From NCBI GenBank assembly GCA_051530055.1, contig CM121342.1:14523480-14587479 (forward strand): a stretch of 64,000 nucleotides of DNA, in the 5' to 3' direction. Within the stretch, counting starts at the first letter, position 1. Each line of letters begins with the position of its first letter. The translations under genes and the position numbers were made by a program. Under the pieces are notes generated by a model. The model had not been told where the DNA came from and searched no databases. It saw only the letters and a program-made list of their open reading frames with translations. Origin of the DNA: Neoechinorhynchus agilis. Taxonomy: Eukaryota > Animalia > Acanthocephala. This document shows positions 1 to 11,164 of the stretch, piece by piece.

Positions 1-27
1 TTTATTCAGTTTAACGATTATCAGGAT

Positions 28-1295
28 TTGACGTTGAGACTGAAGCAAAATGGAACATCAAAGTCTTTTGAAGTACACCTCAATCAATTAAAAATAGCTG
101 CATTGATTCTGCAAAGAAAATACGATGAGGCTTTATGCTTTCTAGAGGTTTGGAACTTTACGCTAATCAGTTATGAAAAAACAGTTGCTATGAAGGAAGC
201 ACATAATGGCAAAGTTCAATTAGCCATTGGAAAGAAGGAAAACGATTGGGAGCGCGTGCATATTTCCACCCTAACATCAAATGTCTTGTTTCTTAAAGGT
301 TAGAAAAAGCTACACGCGAATGCTAGCCGATATTTCCCCGTCAACAAGCTATCAAAAAACTCAAATATTTAATGTAGTGTCTATCAAAGCGGTAGCAGGA
401 TGATTCCACGGGATATTAAGTATTTATTAACTCAAATATTTTCTTAGTGGGTGGCGATATTGTAGTTTATACGAGTCTATCGTTAGAAAGTTTTTGGTCG
501 AAAGATCAAGAGTAGGATCGGAACATTCACTCAATTTTTAATTAGGTGAAAAGTCAAAAGCATTTGACGCGCTAGTGGAGTGCTTCGACGACATTCCATC
601 GCCATATAATATCGAATTCAGCGACAATGTTGGTCTTTGATATCTCGCCAAATCTATAACTCTTTTGTCTGCAGCTTCTAAATTGCCTATCGGATTTATA
701 CACTCAACTGGGCACACCAAATGCCGATCAAAAATCATCTTTCGACAAGATTTTACGTACACTAATCGAGAATACTGGCTCACCAGCGGCTGTGTCAATG
801 TTTATAGAACTCAATAGTTCCGATCTGGATACTGCCATTACGTACCTTCAAAAACAGCAAATTACAACGTCAAATGACTCTAAGGAAAAAGATTGGGCAG
901 CAATTGCCAACGAAGTTGAGCAAGCGTTTAACAATAGAATTATTCGCGCGGGCATGGAAGGTACGGACGAAGTGGGTAATAGAATGGACACTGCCAAAGT
1001 TCAGAAGAGTAAGAAACGTCGACGAAGAAAGTATATTGTGCCCGAAAACGCACCGCCTCTTGATCCAGAAAGATGGTTACCACTTACAGAACGGTCGTAT
1101 TACCGCGGAGGTAGAAGAAAAAAGAAAGTAGCTTCAGCTGGTAAAGCTACACAAGGAACAAGCGCACCTGAGGCTGCTCATTGGATAGGAAGCGGTGGAG
1201 CCCAACCTAATGCTTCGCCGCCTATTGGTAAAACTAGTTTTGGACAACGACAAGCAGCAAGAAAACGCAGGAAACAGCAGTCCACAAAGCATTAA
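28..1295 (+). CDS. SRP72: Signal recognition particle subunit SRP72, 3' part of a multi-exon gene (5' end outside the window; internal exon boundaries not resolved)
   Basis: ORF 792..1295 contains KKRRRRK...PPLDPERWLPLTERSYYRGGRRKKK...GKATQG, the SRP72 RNA-binding signature. The frame stays open upstream to about 720. ORF 28..303 has a TPR-like helix (ALILQRKYDEAL) and is only tentatively the same gene. Confidence 0.85.
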
Positions 1296-1371
1296 CATTA
1301 TTTCCCATTATATTAAACATAAGTGACGGTTTTATCAGGCCGAATGCTGTTTAGCATTCGCAAAATATCAA

Positions 1372-3335
1372 ACTTTTTTTTTTAGATTAAAATTTTTTTT
1401 TAGGCAGTATTGTTTTCTATTTGGTTACTTTTCTTTGCATTCACCACCTCCCACCAAATTCCAGCTTTTGTCCTTCCTCGACCGTCGCCATCACGCTGGC
1501 AGCATTGCCCCGTTGTACTGCCAGCGAGATATTTTGTCGAAGAAATAAGCCTGCTCTTGAGTCTCCGGTTGCCTCTCTCAATTTCTTCGAGAGATCCTTG
1601 AGCAGAGAGAGTGCCGAGCTGCCGAGCGCTCCATACGTCTCTACCCCAAAGGGGACAAAATAGTGAGCCCTCGATAGCTGCATATATTTTCGTACCTTCC
1701 TCCCTTCCGCTGCACTGGCGGCACCACCGGCGATTTCGAGGGAGTAGGGGATGTTGCTGGCTGCGAGGGTGTCCACACACGTGGCGTCCCAGAGAAGGCA
1801 TTTGCCCTCCCGCCACGGGAAGACCGAAATTCCATCGGGCCTACGGCCGTCTAGTCTGCAGAGGTGGGCGGGTTCCAGGATGTTCGGGAAGTTCGCCGTT
1901 CTCAACGCCCGAGAAATTACGTTATTGATTTCAGAATGGCGTGAAAACCTTCCTGCTGACCTTCTGCAGACGAGACCGTGTCGCCCGAAAGCATCAACCA
2001 AAGACCCACATCGACAGCGATGGGGCGTGCATATCGGGAGACCGAGTCTTAAGGATACTGCGATCCTCGTCACCTCGTCAGTAAGAAGAGTTCCCACAGA
2101 TGCCAGAGGAACAGCCTCCAACCACGCCCCAGATTCTCGTGTTGAAACTGCCAACAGTCTAGCTCGGACGACCCCATCGCGAGAACCTGAAAGAAGAGGC
2201 TGTGAGCTCTCGCGACAAGAGGTCCGTCCCAGATCGACTGTCTGAGGCCATTCACGGGAACTTGGTTAGCGCCTGTCTGCTGGCACCATTCCTCAACCGC
2301 CACCACGAAATCCCGGTCAAGACAAAACTTTTCTTTCAAAATGTTCTTCGAGACTGGTAGGCTCCCCTCAAACGATCCAAGAAAGGCCGGCAAAGCAAGG
2401 TCGACTAGTGCCCGAATTCCCAATCCCCCAGATGACACAGGCAAAGAAGCTTGTCGCCACGCCTCATCTGAGAGCTGGACATTTAAAATACGCTCGAGGC
2501 AAGCCCTCACCTTATTGTCCAGCTTTGCCAATCCTTCTTTGTGTTTGAAAAATGTTGCTGTGCGAACCTTGTACAATAATTTGGGGATGAAGAGCGCGTT
2601 CTTTATGAGAAACAAGGCTTCATGAGCCGAGAGAGCGCACACCCTATCGCACAGCAACGAAAGTTTCGGTATGATATGGCCGATCTCATCTTCCACATTT
2701 GAATCGAAGACACAACTGCCCAAGAGGCTGAGTTGTTCCCGAGTCACGAGTTTCAGACCTGGAGCTACGGCCTCGAACCCAGCCATTAGTTCTTTGACTT
2801 TAGCGGCGTCTCCAATATTCAGTACAAGGAGCTCACATTTTCCAGCATTAAGCTCAATGCCCATCTTCGAGGTCTCCCTAATCAGCGTCTCCAAATCGCG
2901 CAGTACAACGGAGGGATCACCTCCGAGCGTAGCGTCATCCAAGTACCAAGCGTTGAAGCTGGAATGGAGAGAATGCGCTATTGGGTTTACTGTTAGGGAG
3001 AATCCGATTGGACCGAGGGGATCTCCTTGCTGCACTCCTCTTTCGGACCAAATGAGGTGGTCTTCGAAAAGCAAAGGAATCGCCGTCCCGTAGGCATTGA
3101 GAAAATACTGGAAGGCTTCTGGTGCGTGATCCCTAATTGCGCGGAACATGCTTTCTCTATTAAGAGAGCTAAAGGCGTTCCGAAAATCGCACTTAAGAAT
3201 CACGCACGGCGCTGAGCTACTCGTAGCAAAGTTTCGGAGCGAGTGGACGATAGCTTCCGCCCCGCAGGATGTGCAGCAGCCCAGTTGGACTGGACGAAGT
3301 TGCTGCCCGGTTTTCTCTGTAATACGTTTGCAGAG
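1372..3335 (-). mobile_element. CRE-clade non-LTR retrotransposon (RT plus restriction-like endonuclease), 5'-truncated and frameshifted
   Basis: RT motifs PVQLG...GAEAIVHSLR, LKCDFRNAF, GVQQGDPLGP, YLDD (ORF 2070..3203). CCHC plus RPDG...WDATC endonuclease (ORF 1441..2154). Frameshift near 2190. A-rich tail at 1372-1400 on the minus strand. Confidence 0.92.
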
Positions 3336-3599
3336 AATTTTTCCATCAAACTAACCATTGCAGCCACTTTGATCATTTACAGCTTATTTAAATAAGCAAT
3401 TGAACGTGCTTAAACTGAAGTCATTTTGGCACTTTGTGTGCTACATAAACGCACTACAATGAAATTTTCATTTGGCAACAAGTAATCAAAGTAAAGTATC
3501 ACTTTTTCTAAGCATCAACTTGAATATACAGAGAAGATGAGGCGAATGGACAAAATTGTATGCGGAATAAAATCATGCGAACATTTGGAAAGAAAAAGG

Positions 3600-3870
3600 A
3601 ATACGTTTGAAACGTCCGATCCTTTAAGCCCAATAGCCTTATCACTAGCAGTCAATCCTGCCGCGCACTCTCTCCGGTCCAGGTTTAACGGCTTGTACTT
3701 GTACTGCGCGATTTGGATAAACTCTTGAAGGAGACTGCGAAAATTGGCATCGAATTGAATGCTGCGAAATGCGAGATTTTTGTGATGAACGTGGAAGATG
3801 AAGCGTAAAGGCAAACTACCGTGGAAGATTTTCAGAACCTGACCTCGGGATTGAATTGATCACGAGATTG
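3600..3870 (+). mobile_element. Decayed CRE-clade RT fragment, opposite orientation to the neighbouring copy
   Basis: Translates to DPLSPIALSLAVNPAAHSLRSRFNGLYL and ETAKIGIELNAAKCEIFVMN, matching DPLGPIGFSLTVNPIAHSLHSSFNAWYL and ETSKMGIELNAGKCELLVLN of the 1372-3335 copy. Confidence 0.8.
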
Positions 3871-4189
3871 CCAACCTTCAAGTTCAACTATCGGTGCTGT
3901 GCAAGCGAGTTAAACACTCTCTTTCTTCCAAAACAAGCAAATAATTATCACTCAACCCCTACGCAAAAACACCATAAATTAGCCCGTCCCATCGTAGCCG
4001 ATCCACACATTGTCTCAACTCTAAACTCGTTTCTATCATTGCCAATCACTTATGCTAGCACTAATCTTCGATCCGCTCAAGGACTTCTCTCTTTGGGATA
4101 TTCACTCGTTCTGGATCGACAACTTGTAACGATTCCTCCCCTAATCCACTGCTCGCGACGAACAATGAAATCTCAATCTTCCTCATTTC

Positions 4190-7100
4190 CGCCCCCAGTT
4201 TGCCGAAATCCAAAATTCCCTTCCCCACCGTATTCTGCTCCAATACTCGTAGTCTCTTTCCTAAACTGGATGAAATTTCACTCATTTCATCTACCTCAAA
4301 AGCCGACGTAGTCATCTTAACTGAAACGTCGCTTAAACAGCGATTCAGCTATCCTTCCCGGGTACTCTTCCTTCCATACATACTGCGAGGACCGTCCAGG
4401 AGGGCGTACGGCAATCGCTACCTTACTCTTTATCTTTCACAGGCTCTATACAAAACCCCTATCTAGAATTTATCGAAGTCCATTTCATAGCTCCCCTGAG
4501 AAACGGCATCAGAGAATTCACCATTGCTGGCGTCTATCGCCCTCCTGCAAGTTGACTCTATGATGGAGCTCATAAACTCCAAAAATTCACACCATTTATT
4601 AATTGCAGGGTACTTCAATAAACTATTTCCTCTTCTACCCTTCTCCGAGTTGCGTCAACTTATTGGCTTCCAACTCGTCTTGGCGCTCACCTCGGCAAAG
4701 TGTTCACAAATATCGACGCCTACTTATCCGCCTCTAAAATCCCCCCACGAGCTCTGACCAGATTATTCAATCGTTTTAGAAAGTGGGACATTGGTGAAGA
4801 GGGCTTTCGCATCTTCCGTACACATCGGGTATTGTTCGACGTTTAGTTTACTGATCTCAATCGGTAGCGTTTTGTCGTCATCATTAGGCGTCTTGGGATA
4901 GGCCATTTTGCACGAGGAGCAATATCGTCTATAATACAACCTGTGGCATTGTACTCTGACAACACAAATGACCCTTCCTTGACCATGCAATCCCTAACCT
5001 CAATCATAAAAAATTCTCTAACTTCGACAATTCCCAAGAAATTCATTAGATTATCAAACCGGGACCAATCATGGATAACCCCAATCTTGAAACTCCATAA
5101 AAAGTGAGCACCTAAGGCTCATCGAAATAACTCGCCAGACTTCCCCGTTTACAAATAGCTTTAACTAACAAAATACTTATCGCCCGCAAAAACTTTCTTT
5201 CTTGCAAAATTCGTTAAGGTGGCAATTCAATATGGTGGCGGGTCGTCAAGGATTCTCTTGGTCTACACCATTCTCTTATCACGCAAAACCGCTCTACCAT
5301 CTTTGGCACCGACCCCTCGATTGCAATGGGCTCTTTGTTAAATCTAATAGAATCTGCGATGAAGGCCTCCTTTCCTCGCAAAACAATACGAATCTCGAAA
5401 CGCGACCCCCTATGGTTTTCGCCTTTTCTAAAAACCCTTCAAATCCAGGTCACCAAAGCTTTCCGGTCAGGTAATCCTGTTTACCCCTCCCTCCATTCAA
5501 CACTGACCAAACGCATCCGTATAGCCCGCAAATTATTCCTCTCATCCCGTCCGTTCCCAATCGAAACTGGTAGCGTGAAATAAAAAATGTCACTGGTCTT
5601 GGTAGATCCACCCCCTTCGCATCTCTCCCCAAATCCGATCTCCTGTCAATCCTTAACTCCATGAATAAAAACCTCTGTCCTCCCCAAACCTCCCATCCAT
5701 TGTCCCAACCTCCCATCTCACGTTCTGACCCGCCCATTCATACATGCCCTTCCTTAGTTTCCCCTCTCGAAATCCTATGGAACCTTAAACGCCTGCATCG
5801 CCATTCTTCCCCTAATTCGACTATCTTAAACCGGTCCATTCGTTTCATCATCCCGGAACTTATCGATCCTCTAACATACATAACGAACCTTAGGTTTCTA
5901 CTGGGCTCTTTCCCATCGTGTCTTAAGGAAGCCCGTGTCGTCCCCCTACCCAAAAACGATTAGCCGATTTCCTCCACATCCTTTTGTCCCATCTCTATCC
6001 TCTCTAGAAAAATGTTTTAAAACCTGCCTACTTTTCTTCTTCCTCAAAAGCATCTCCCCTTCCCAATTCGCTTTCCGTCTCAATTGCTCTTGTTCTGATG
6101 CCCTCCTCTGCATCTACGAAACGCTTGTGCGCAGCTTAGATTCCAGTCCAGCATCAACCGTCCGTCTCGTGCAACTGGATATTTCCAGGGCGTTCGAGTC
6201 GGTCGATCATTCCCTGCTCCTCCAATCATGTGCTTCCTTTGGCCTCCCAACTTGGCAACTCGCTTGGATTTTCTCTTTCCTCTCCAACCGCGAACAACAT
6301 ATAAAATGGTGAGCTTCATGTTCTTCCTTTCTGCCCATATTTAAAGGGGTCCCCCAAGGCGCCGTACTTTCCCCTCTCCTCTTTGATATTTTTCTAAATG
6401 ATCTCCATCCCCTCGCTCCCTCTATCAAATATTTTATTTATGCAGATGACCTCACAGTCATTACCGTCGCATCTCCCTCTCTCCCTCTCCACAACCATGG
6501 ACGAACTCAACCATCTCATTTCCTCGCTCTCCACCCTAAACCTCTCCTTAAATTTATCTAAATCTTTTGAACTTGTCCCCCGCATTTCCAAACGCAACTT
6601 TATCCCCGTACCTCTCCCTCTCCCCATCCAACGCTCCTCTTCTCACCGAATACTGGGCCTGATTTTACACGAAAACCTTAAATGGGATGCCCACATTTCA
6701 TTTACCCTCTCAAAAGCAATCCCTCGTCTGTACCTTATAAAACTCCTCCGGCGTCTCGGCGTATCCATTAAACATCTTGCCCACTTTTATCTTTCTGCCT
6801 TTTTTCCTATCCTTACATACGCTTTCCCCGCTTTCCTCGCCCTCTCCGTCAATGCTCTCCATTCCCTTAAAACCTTCCACAAGAGAGCAGCTAGAATATG
6901 CGGGACTTCACTCCCTCCCTCGACGCCCACCTCCACTCCATTTTCTCCAAAAACGCTCTCCGTCTTCTTCAACTCCCTCCACAATTTTCTTCTTTCATCT
7001 CTAAATACTCTTCCTTCGGAAACACCCGTAACCCCAACCTTTTTGATCTCCCCTCGGTCGTACCACCCTCTACCAAAAATCCTTCTTCCCCCAAGCTTAA

Positions 7101-7300
7101 TCTTTCCTTAATAACCGGAGAACAAGGAAAGACTCACAATCGGTCATCTCCTGTACAAAGCCTCCGATCGCACATTAACACCCCTTCAAAGACAAGTCCC
7201 ACCTAACTTGCCTTCAACATCCGTCATCCAGACACCTTCAGCAAAGATAGATGCTGGAAAGTGTGTGGATCGTGCATTTCTTACATTAATAAAACGTGTT
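4190..7300 (+). mobile_element. Decayed L2/CR1-superfamily LINE (APE endonuclease plus RT); composite of two related subfamilies, interrupted by a Penelope-like fragment
   Basis: APE start NTRSLFPKLDEI...DVVILTETSL. RT motifs FPSCLKEARVVPLPK, QLDISRAFESVDH, KGVPQGAVLSPLLF, YADD. C-terminal LGLILHENLKWDAHI. AATAAA tail near 7288. Segment 5080-5240 matches 51125-51280. Confidence 0.85.
4757..5050 (-). mobile_element. Penelope-like element (PLE) reverse transcriptase fragment nested in the LINE
   Basis: Two frames give KEGSFVLSEYNATG...AKWPIP and EISKLN...MCTEDAKALFTNVPLSKTIE, resembling the PLE RT motifs K-G-P-RPI, AKWL and DV-SLFTNVP--ETI. Confidence 0.75.
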
Positions 7301-7309
7301 TATATAACC

Positions 7310-7860
7310 TCTGATATTACTCAACTTACAATCTCTGTTCCACGTCGGACACCGCACAATCTTTAACGCCCACACCTGAAACTTTTGGCAATTCGCCGAT
7401 ACTCCTTTTAGTTTCGCCATACGAAGTACTACAGTATCTCAAGAAATTACCTGGAAATTGGTCCTCCCAATCCGAAATCCCAGAATGGGCTCTTCGCTAA
7501 ATCATCCCAGAACTCATCGACCCTCTTACCCACATTATAAACCACAGTTTTTTATTTTTATATGGCAACTGCCCATTCCTGCAAACTGCTAAAGTTATCC
7601 TTGTTGCATTTATGATACGCTCCTACGCAACATCAACAATAATCCCTCCCACGTCACCCGTCTCATTCAACTTGATTTATCGAAAGCTTTCGACTCAGTG
7701 GACCATTCACTCCTTCTCCGGGCCTGCTCCGATTTTGGTCTCAACTTGTGGCAGATCAGCTGGCTCGAATCTTATCTTCACAATCGAAAACAATACATTC
7801 ATTGCTGTTCTATCTCCACGATCAGCCTACTCAGCTGTCGAAAAGCAGCCGATATTTCTC
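7310..7860 (+). mobile_element. Internally deleted L2/CR1-like RT fragment, same family as 51090-52845
   Basis: Direct nucleotide similarity to 51350-52030 (for example ccgaaatccca.a.tgggctcttcgct and ttctccgggcctgctccgattttggtctcaacttgtggcagatc). Confidence 0.85.
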
Positions 7861-7879
7861 TGCCAGCTTATGTGATATT

Positions 7880-8060
7880 TCAGTCCTCTCTTGGCGAAAA
7901 TTGCACTTTGGATGAAGATTTCGTGGAGGCTCTTAATCTTTCGTGTGAATATTCAGGTTGCTAGCAGGTACCAGTCAATGGTTGCAAACAATCAGTTTGG
8001 GGCTCATCATAGGTAGCGAGAATTGATAACTCTTTATTTTCAGATTCTCGTTTACTGGCA
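7880..8060 (+). mobile_element. Decayed CRE-clade fragment
   Basis: Translates ENCTLDEDFVEAL...QVPVNGCKQSVW with stops, versus EKFCLDRDFVVAV...QVPVNGLRQSIW in the 1372-3335 copy. Confidence 0.7.
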
Positions 8061-8277
8061 AGGCATGAACACGAAGGCTAAACGTGTCAACGAAAACCAA
8101 CCTTAATTGGATGAAAATCGAAAAAGCTAACACCTAATTAAATCAAAACAAGGTGCTCCATTTTGATTGTCTAGAATAGAAAACTAAATGATTACAGCTG
8201 AGAATCACGTGGGCGTACCATTCTCGCCTTAACAAATAATTGCGTATGCGTTACACATCAAATATCAGTATCCAAAC

Positions 8278-9180
8278 ATGCCGAAGCGACGATTGAATTG
8301 TGAAAGCAATGATCGCTTTAATCAACACAGAAATGTCAGTACAGGATCTTCATCGGACGAGGAACCTAATCGAAGCGGACAAGGAAATTCACGCCGAAGA
8401 CATCGGAGTCGATCATTATTAATCAGGCGATTACCTTTTCGCTATAGAGTGCAACCAGGCTTAAATCGTCTAGAATTTATTGCTGAAGCCGTCGAAAGTC
8501 AGTTGACGGAATATTTTCAAAAATTGCAAGTAAGTGCAAAAGATGAGGAAGGACAACATAAAAGTCTTTCAAATGTTGACCGGACGATCAATTTAAATAA
8601 TCAGACAACTGAAGAGATTCGAGCAGTATCCAACGATCAAGCAGAACCTATGGATATAGATAGTTGTTTTTCGATGTCAATTGACGAGCCAATTATTCCA
8701 GAACTAAAACGGCAGTTGGAGACCACAAAATCATTTGTGGAACGAGAAGTTCTTCATTTATCAAGCAAACGGCGGCACGGAGAAATAAACAGAGATATAT
8801 GGAAATGTCAAGTAAAAGCAGGTCACGACCACATTCGCAGCGCATTGCCGACATTGAGACTGAATCCGATTCGGATCAAGAATACGAGCGGAAACAACTA
8901 AGAAATCGTCGAAGAAGTCGCCGAAAGCATGATAGCGTGGCATCAACGAATGAAAAAATTGGACACGAAATATTGCCAAGTGTACGACTTCCAACATTGA
9001 ATGAACTCCCTTTCGCTGGCAACGTTGCTTGCATACTCACAAGAGTAGAGCGGGATATGGCACGGGCTCGAAACCTTTTAAGAATTAAAAAGAGACAATC
9101 ACAAGCGCTTTTCAATTATCGACGAAGAATCAATTTTGCCCGAATGCGAAAACGGCGTTAGCCAGGAAACGCAGAGGAAT
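8278..9180 (+). pseudogene. Disabled copy of an orphan R/S/E-rich gene
   Basis: Compared with 10015..10857 it has a 2-bp AT insertion (gagatatatggaa vs aagatatggaa) that splits it into ORFs 8278..8901 and 8799..9161, plus a TGG to TAG change near the C-terminus. Confidence 0.75.
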
Positions 9181-10014
9181 AAGATGATGTTACGTAAAAT
9201 TTAATAAAAATTTAATTGTCAACATTTTTGCTGTAAATGCGCAAGTAAAAAAGCAATATTGTTTTTGATCATTGTAAATCTTATTATCTTCATTAGACTA
9301 AACGTTAATAATTCTATTAATTTTGTATTTCTTTTCATTATCTATGCAATCAATTATGCAATACTTGATAAAACTAATTATCACGCAGCGAAACATCAAG
9401 CAAATAAATGTGGCACCGTAGACCATGTGATGAAAATTGATTTTTCACCTTGTAAAAAAATTAAGAGTTTTGAGGCAATAATTTTTTCTGGATCTGTATT
9501 ATGCGCGATTATGCATTTAGTAGGCCATTAAGAATGTAATGGCGGTGACACGAGTTATATAGACGAAATAGGCATTTGAATTCCCAATTTAAAATGCGAT
9601 GCGAAGATTCGGTGTCGCCTTAAAACATTTCTCTCATCATTAAATAAAAACAAATATTAGAAAGTTGTTGCATAGTTCGAAGTAGCAAATTGAACTCATT
9701 CGTCTATCGCAGTTAAACGTCAAATTGCCCCTTTATATTTATTCATTAAAATTCCTTTAAAATAATTGAGGCCAAATGCATCAATGAAAACCAACATTAA
9801 TTAGATGAAAATCGTAAAGGCTTACACTTAATAAAATGTTTGAAGCCTTAAATTTTTCCGCCATAAAAACTTAATTAAATCAAATCAAGGTGCTGCATTT
9901 TGATTGGCTAGTATAGAAAACCAAATAATTACAGCTGAGAATCACGTGGGCGTACCATTCTCGCCTTAAGAAATAGTCGTATATGCGTTACACGTTGACT
10001 ATCAGTATCCAAAC

Positions 10015-10857
10015 ATGCCCACGCGACGATTAAATAGTGAAAGCAATGATAGCTCTAATCAACACAATGTCAGTACAGAATCTTTATCGGACGAGGAACC
10101 TAATCGAAGCGGACAAGGAAATTCACGCCGAAGACATCGGAGTCGATCATTATTAATCAGGCGATTACCTTTTCGCTATAGAGTGCAACCAGGCTTAAAT
10201 CGCCTAGAATTTATTGCTGAAGCCGTCGAAAATCAGTTGACGGAAGATTTTCAAAAATTGCAAGTAAGTGCAAAAGATGAGGAAGGACAAAATAAAAGTC
10301 TTTCAAATGTTGACCGGACGATCAATTTAAATAATCCGACAGCTGAAGAGATTCGAGCAGTATCCAGCGATCAAGCAGAACCGATGGATATAGATAGTTG
10401 TTCTTCGATGTCAATTGACGAGCCAATTATCCCAGAACGAAAACGGCAGTTGGAGACCACAAAGACATTTGTGGAACGAGAAGTGCTTCATTTATCAAGC
10501 AAGCGGCGGCACGGAGAAATAAACAAAGATATGGAAATGTCAAGTAAAAGCAGGTCAAGACCACATTCGCAGCACATTGTCGACATTGAGACTGAATCCG
10601 ATTCGGATCAAGAAGACGAGCGGAAACAACTAGGAAGTCGCACAAAGCTGGATAGCGAAGCATCAACGAATGAAGAAATTGAACACAAAATATTGCAAGT
10701 TGGTCGCATACTCGCTAGAGTAGAACGGGATGTGGCACGTGCTCGAAACTTTTTAAGAATTCCAAGGAGACAATCACAAGAGCTCTCAAATTACGGACGA
10801 AGAATGAATTTTGCCCGAATGGGAAAACGGCGTTGGCCAGGAAAAGCAGAGGAATGA
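10015..10857 (+). CDS. Hypothetical 280-aa charged, Arg/Ser-rich protein, intronless, no recognised family
   Basis: Uninterrupted ATG-initiated ORF. The indels versus its paralogue preserve the frame except for the paralogue's single frameshift. Confidence 0.6.
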   Translation: MPTRRLNSESNDSSNQHNVSTESLSDEEPNRSGQGNSRRRHRSRSLLIRRLPFRYRVQPGLNRLEFIAEAVENQLTEDFQKLQVSAKDEEGQNKSLSNVDRTINLNNPTAEEIRAVSSDQAEPMDIDSCSSMSIDEPIIPERKRQLETTKTFVEREVLHLSSKRRHGEINKDMEMSSKSRSRPHSQHIVDIETESDSDQEDERKQLGSRTKLDSEASTNEEIEHKILQVGRILARVERDVARARNFLRIPRRQSQELSNYGRRMNFARMGKRRWPGKAEE

Positions 10858-11164
10858 GATGATATCAGCACGAGAAGTTCATTTGTGCCAAATTTTAATA
10901 AAAATTAAATTGTCAACATTTTTGCATCAAATGTGCAATTAATAAAGAAATCACGCTTTTGATCATTGAAAATCTTAAAATTAATTATCACTCCGCGAAA
11001 CATCAAGTAATTAAATGTAGCACCGTAGGAATTCTTTTAACGTGGTTAAATTAGTATTTGTCATTGCTCGTCTATTATCAGTGACCGATAGTTCTACATT
11101 GAATTTTCATTGAAAATGTAAGGGACATAAACGTTCAGTAATAAATCATTTAAAATTGTGCCAT

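Larger units (their letters stand above)
8085..10990 (+). repeat. Tandem segmental duplication (about 8085-9330 and 9775-10990; ORF starts 1737 bp apart) including promoter, ORF and 3' flank
   Basis: Shared upstream block acagctgagaatcacgtgggcgtaccattctcgcctt, near-identical ORF 5' halves, shared 3' sequence (ttgtcaacatttttgc, gcgaaacatcaag). Confidence 0.9.

Noticed and set aside
538-798. Minus-strand 86-aa ORF with a Cys/His cluster
   Set aside because: It is antisense to the SRP72 coding region and has no recognisable motif.
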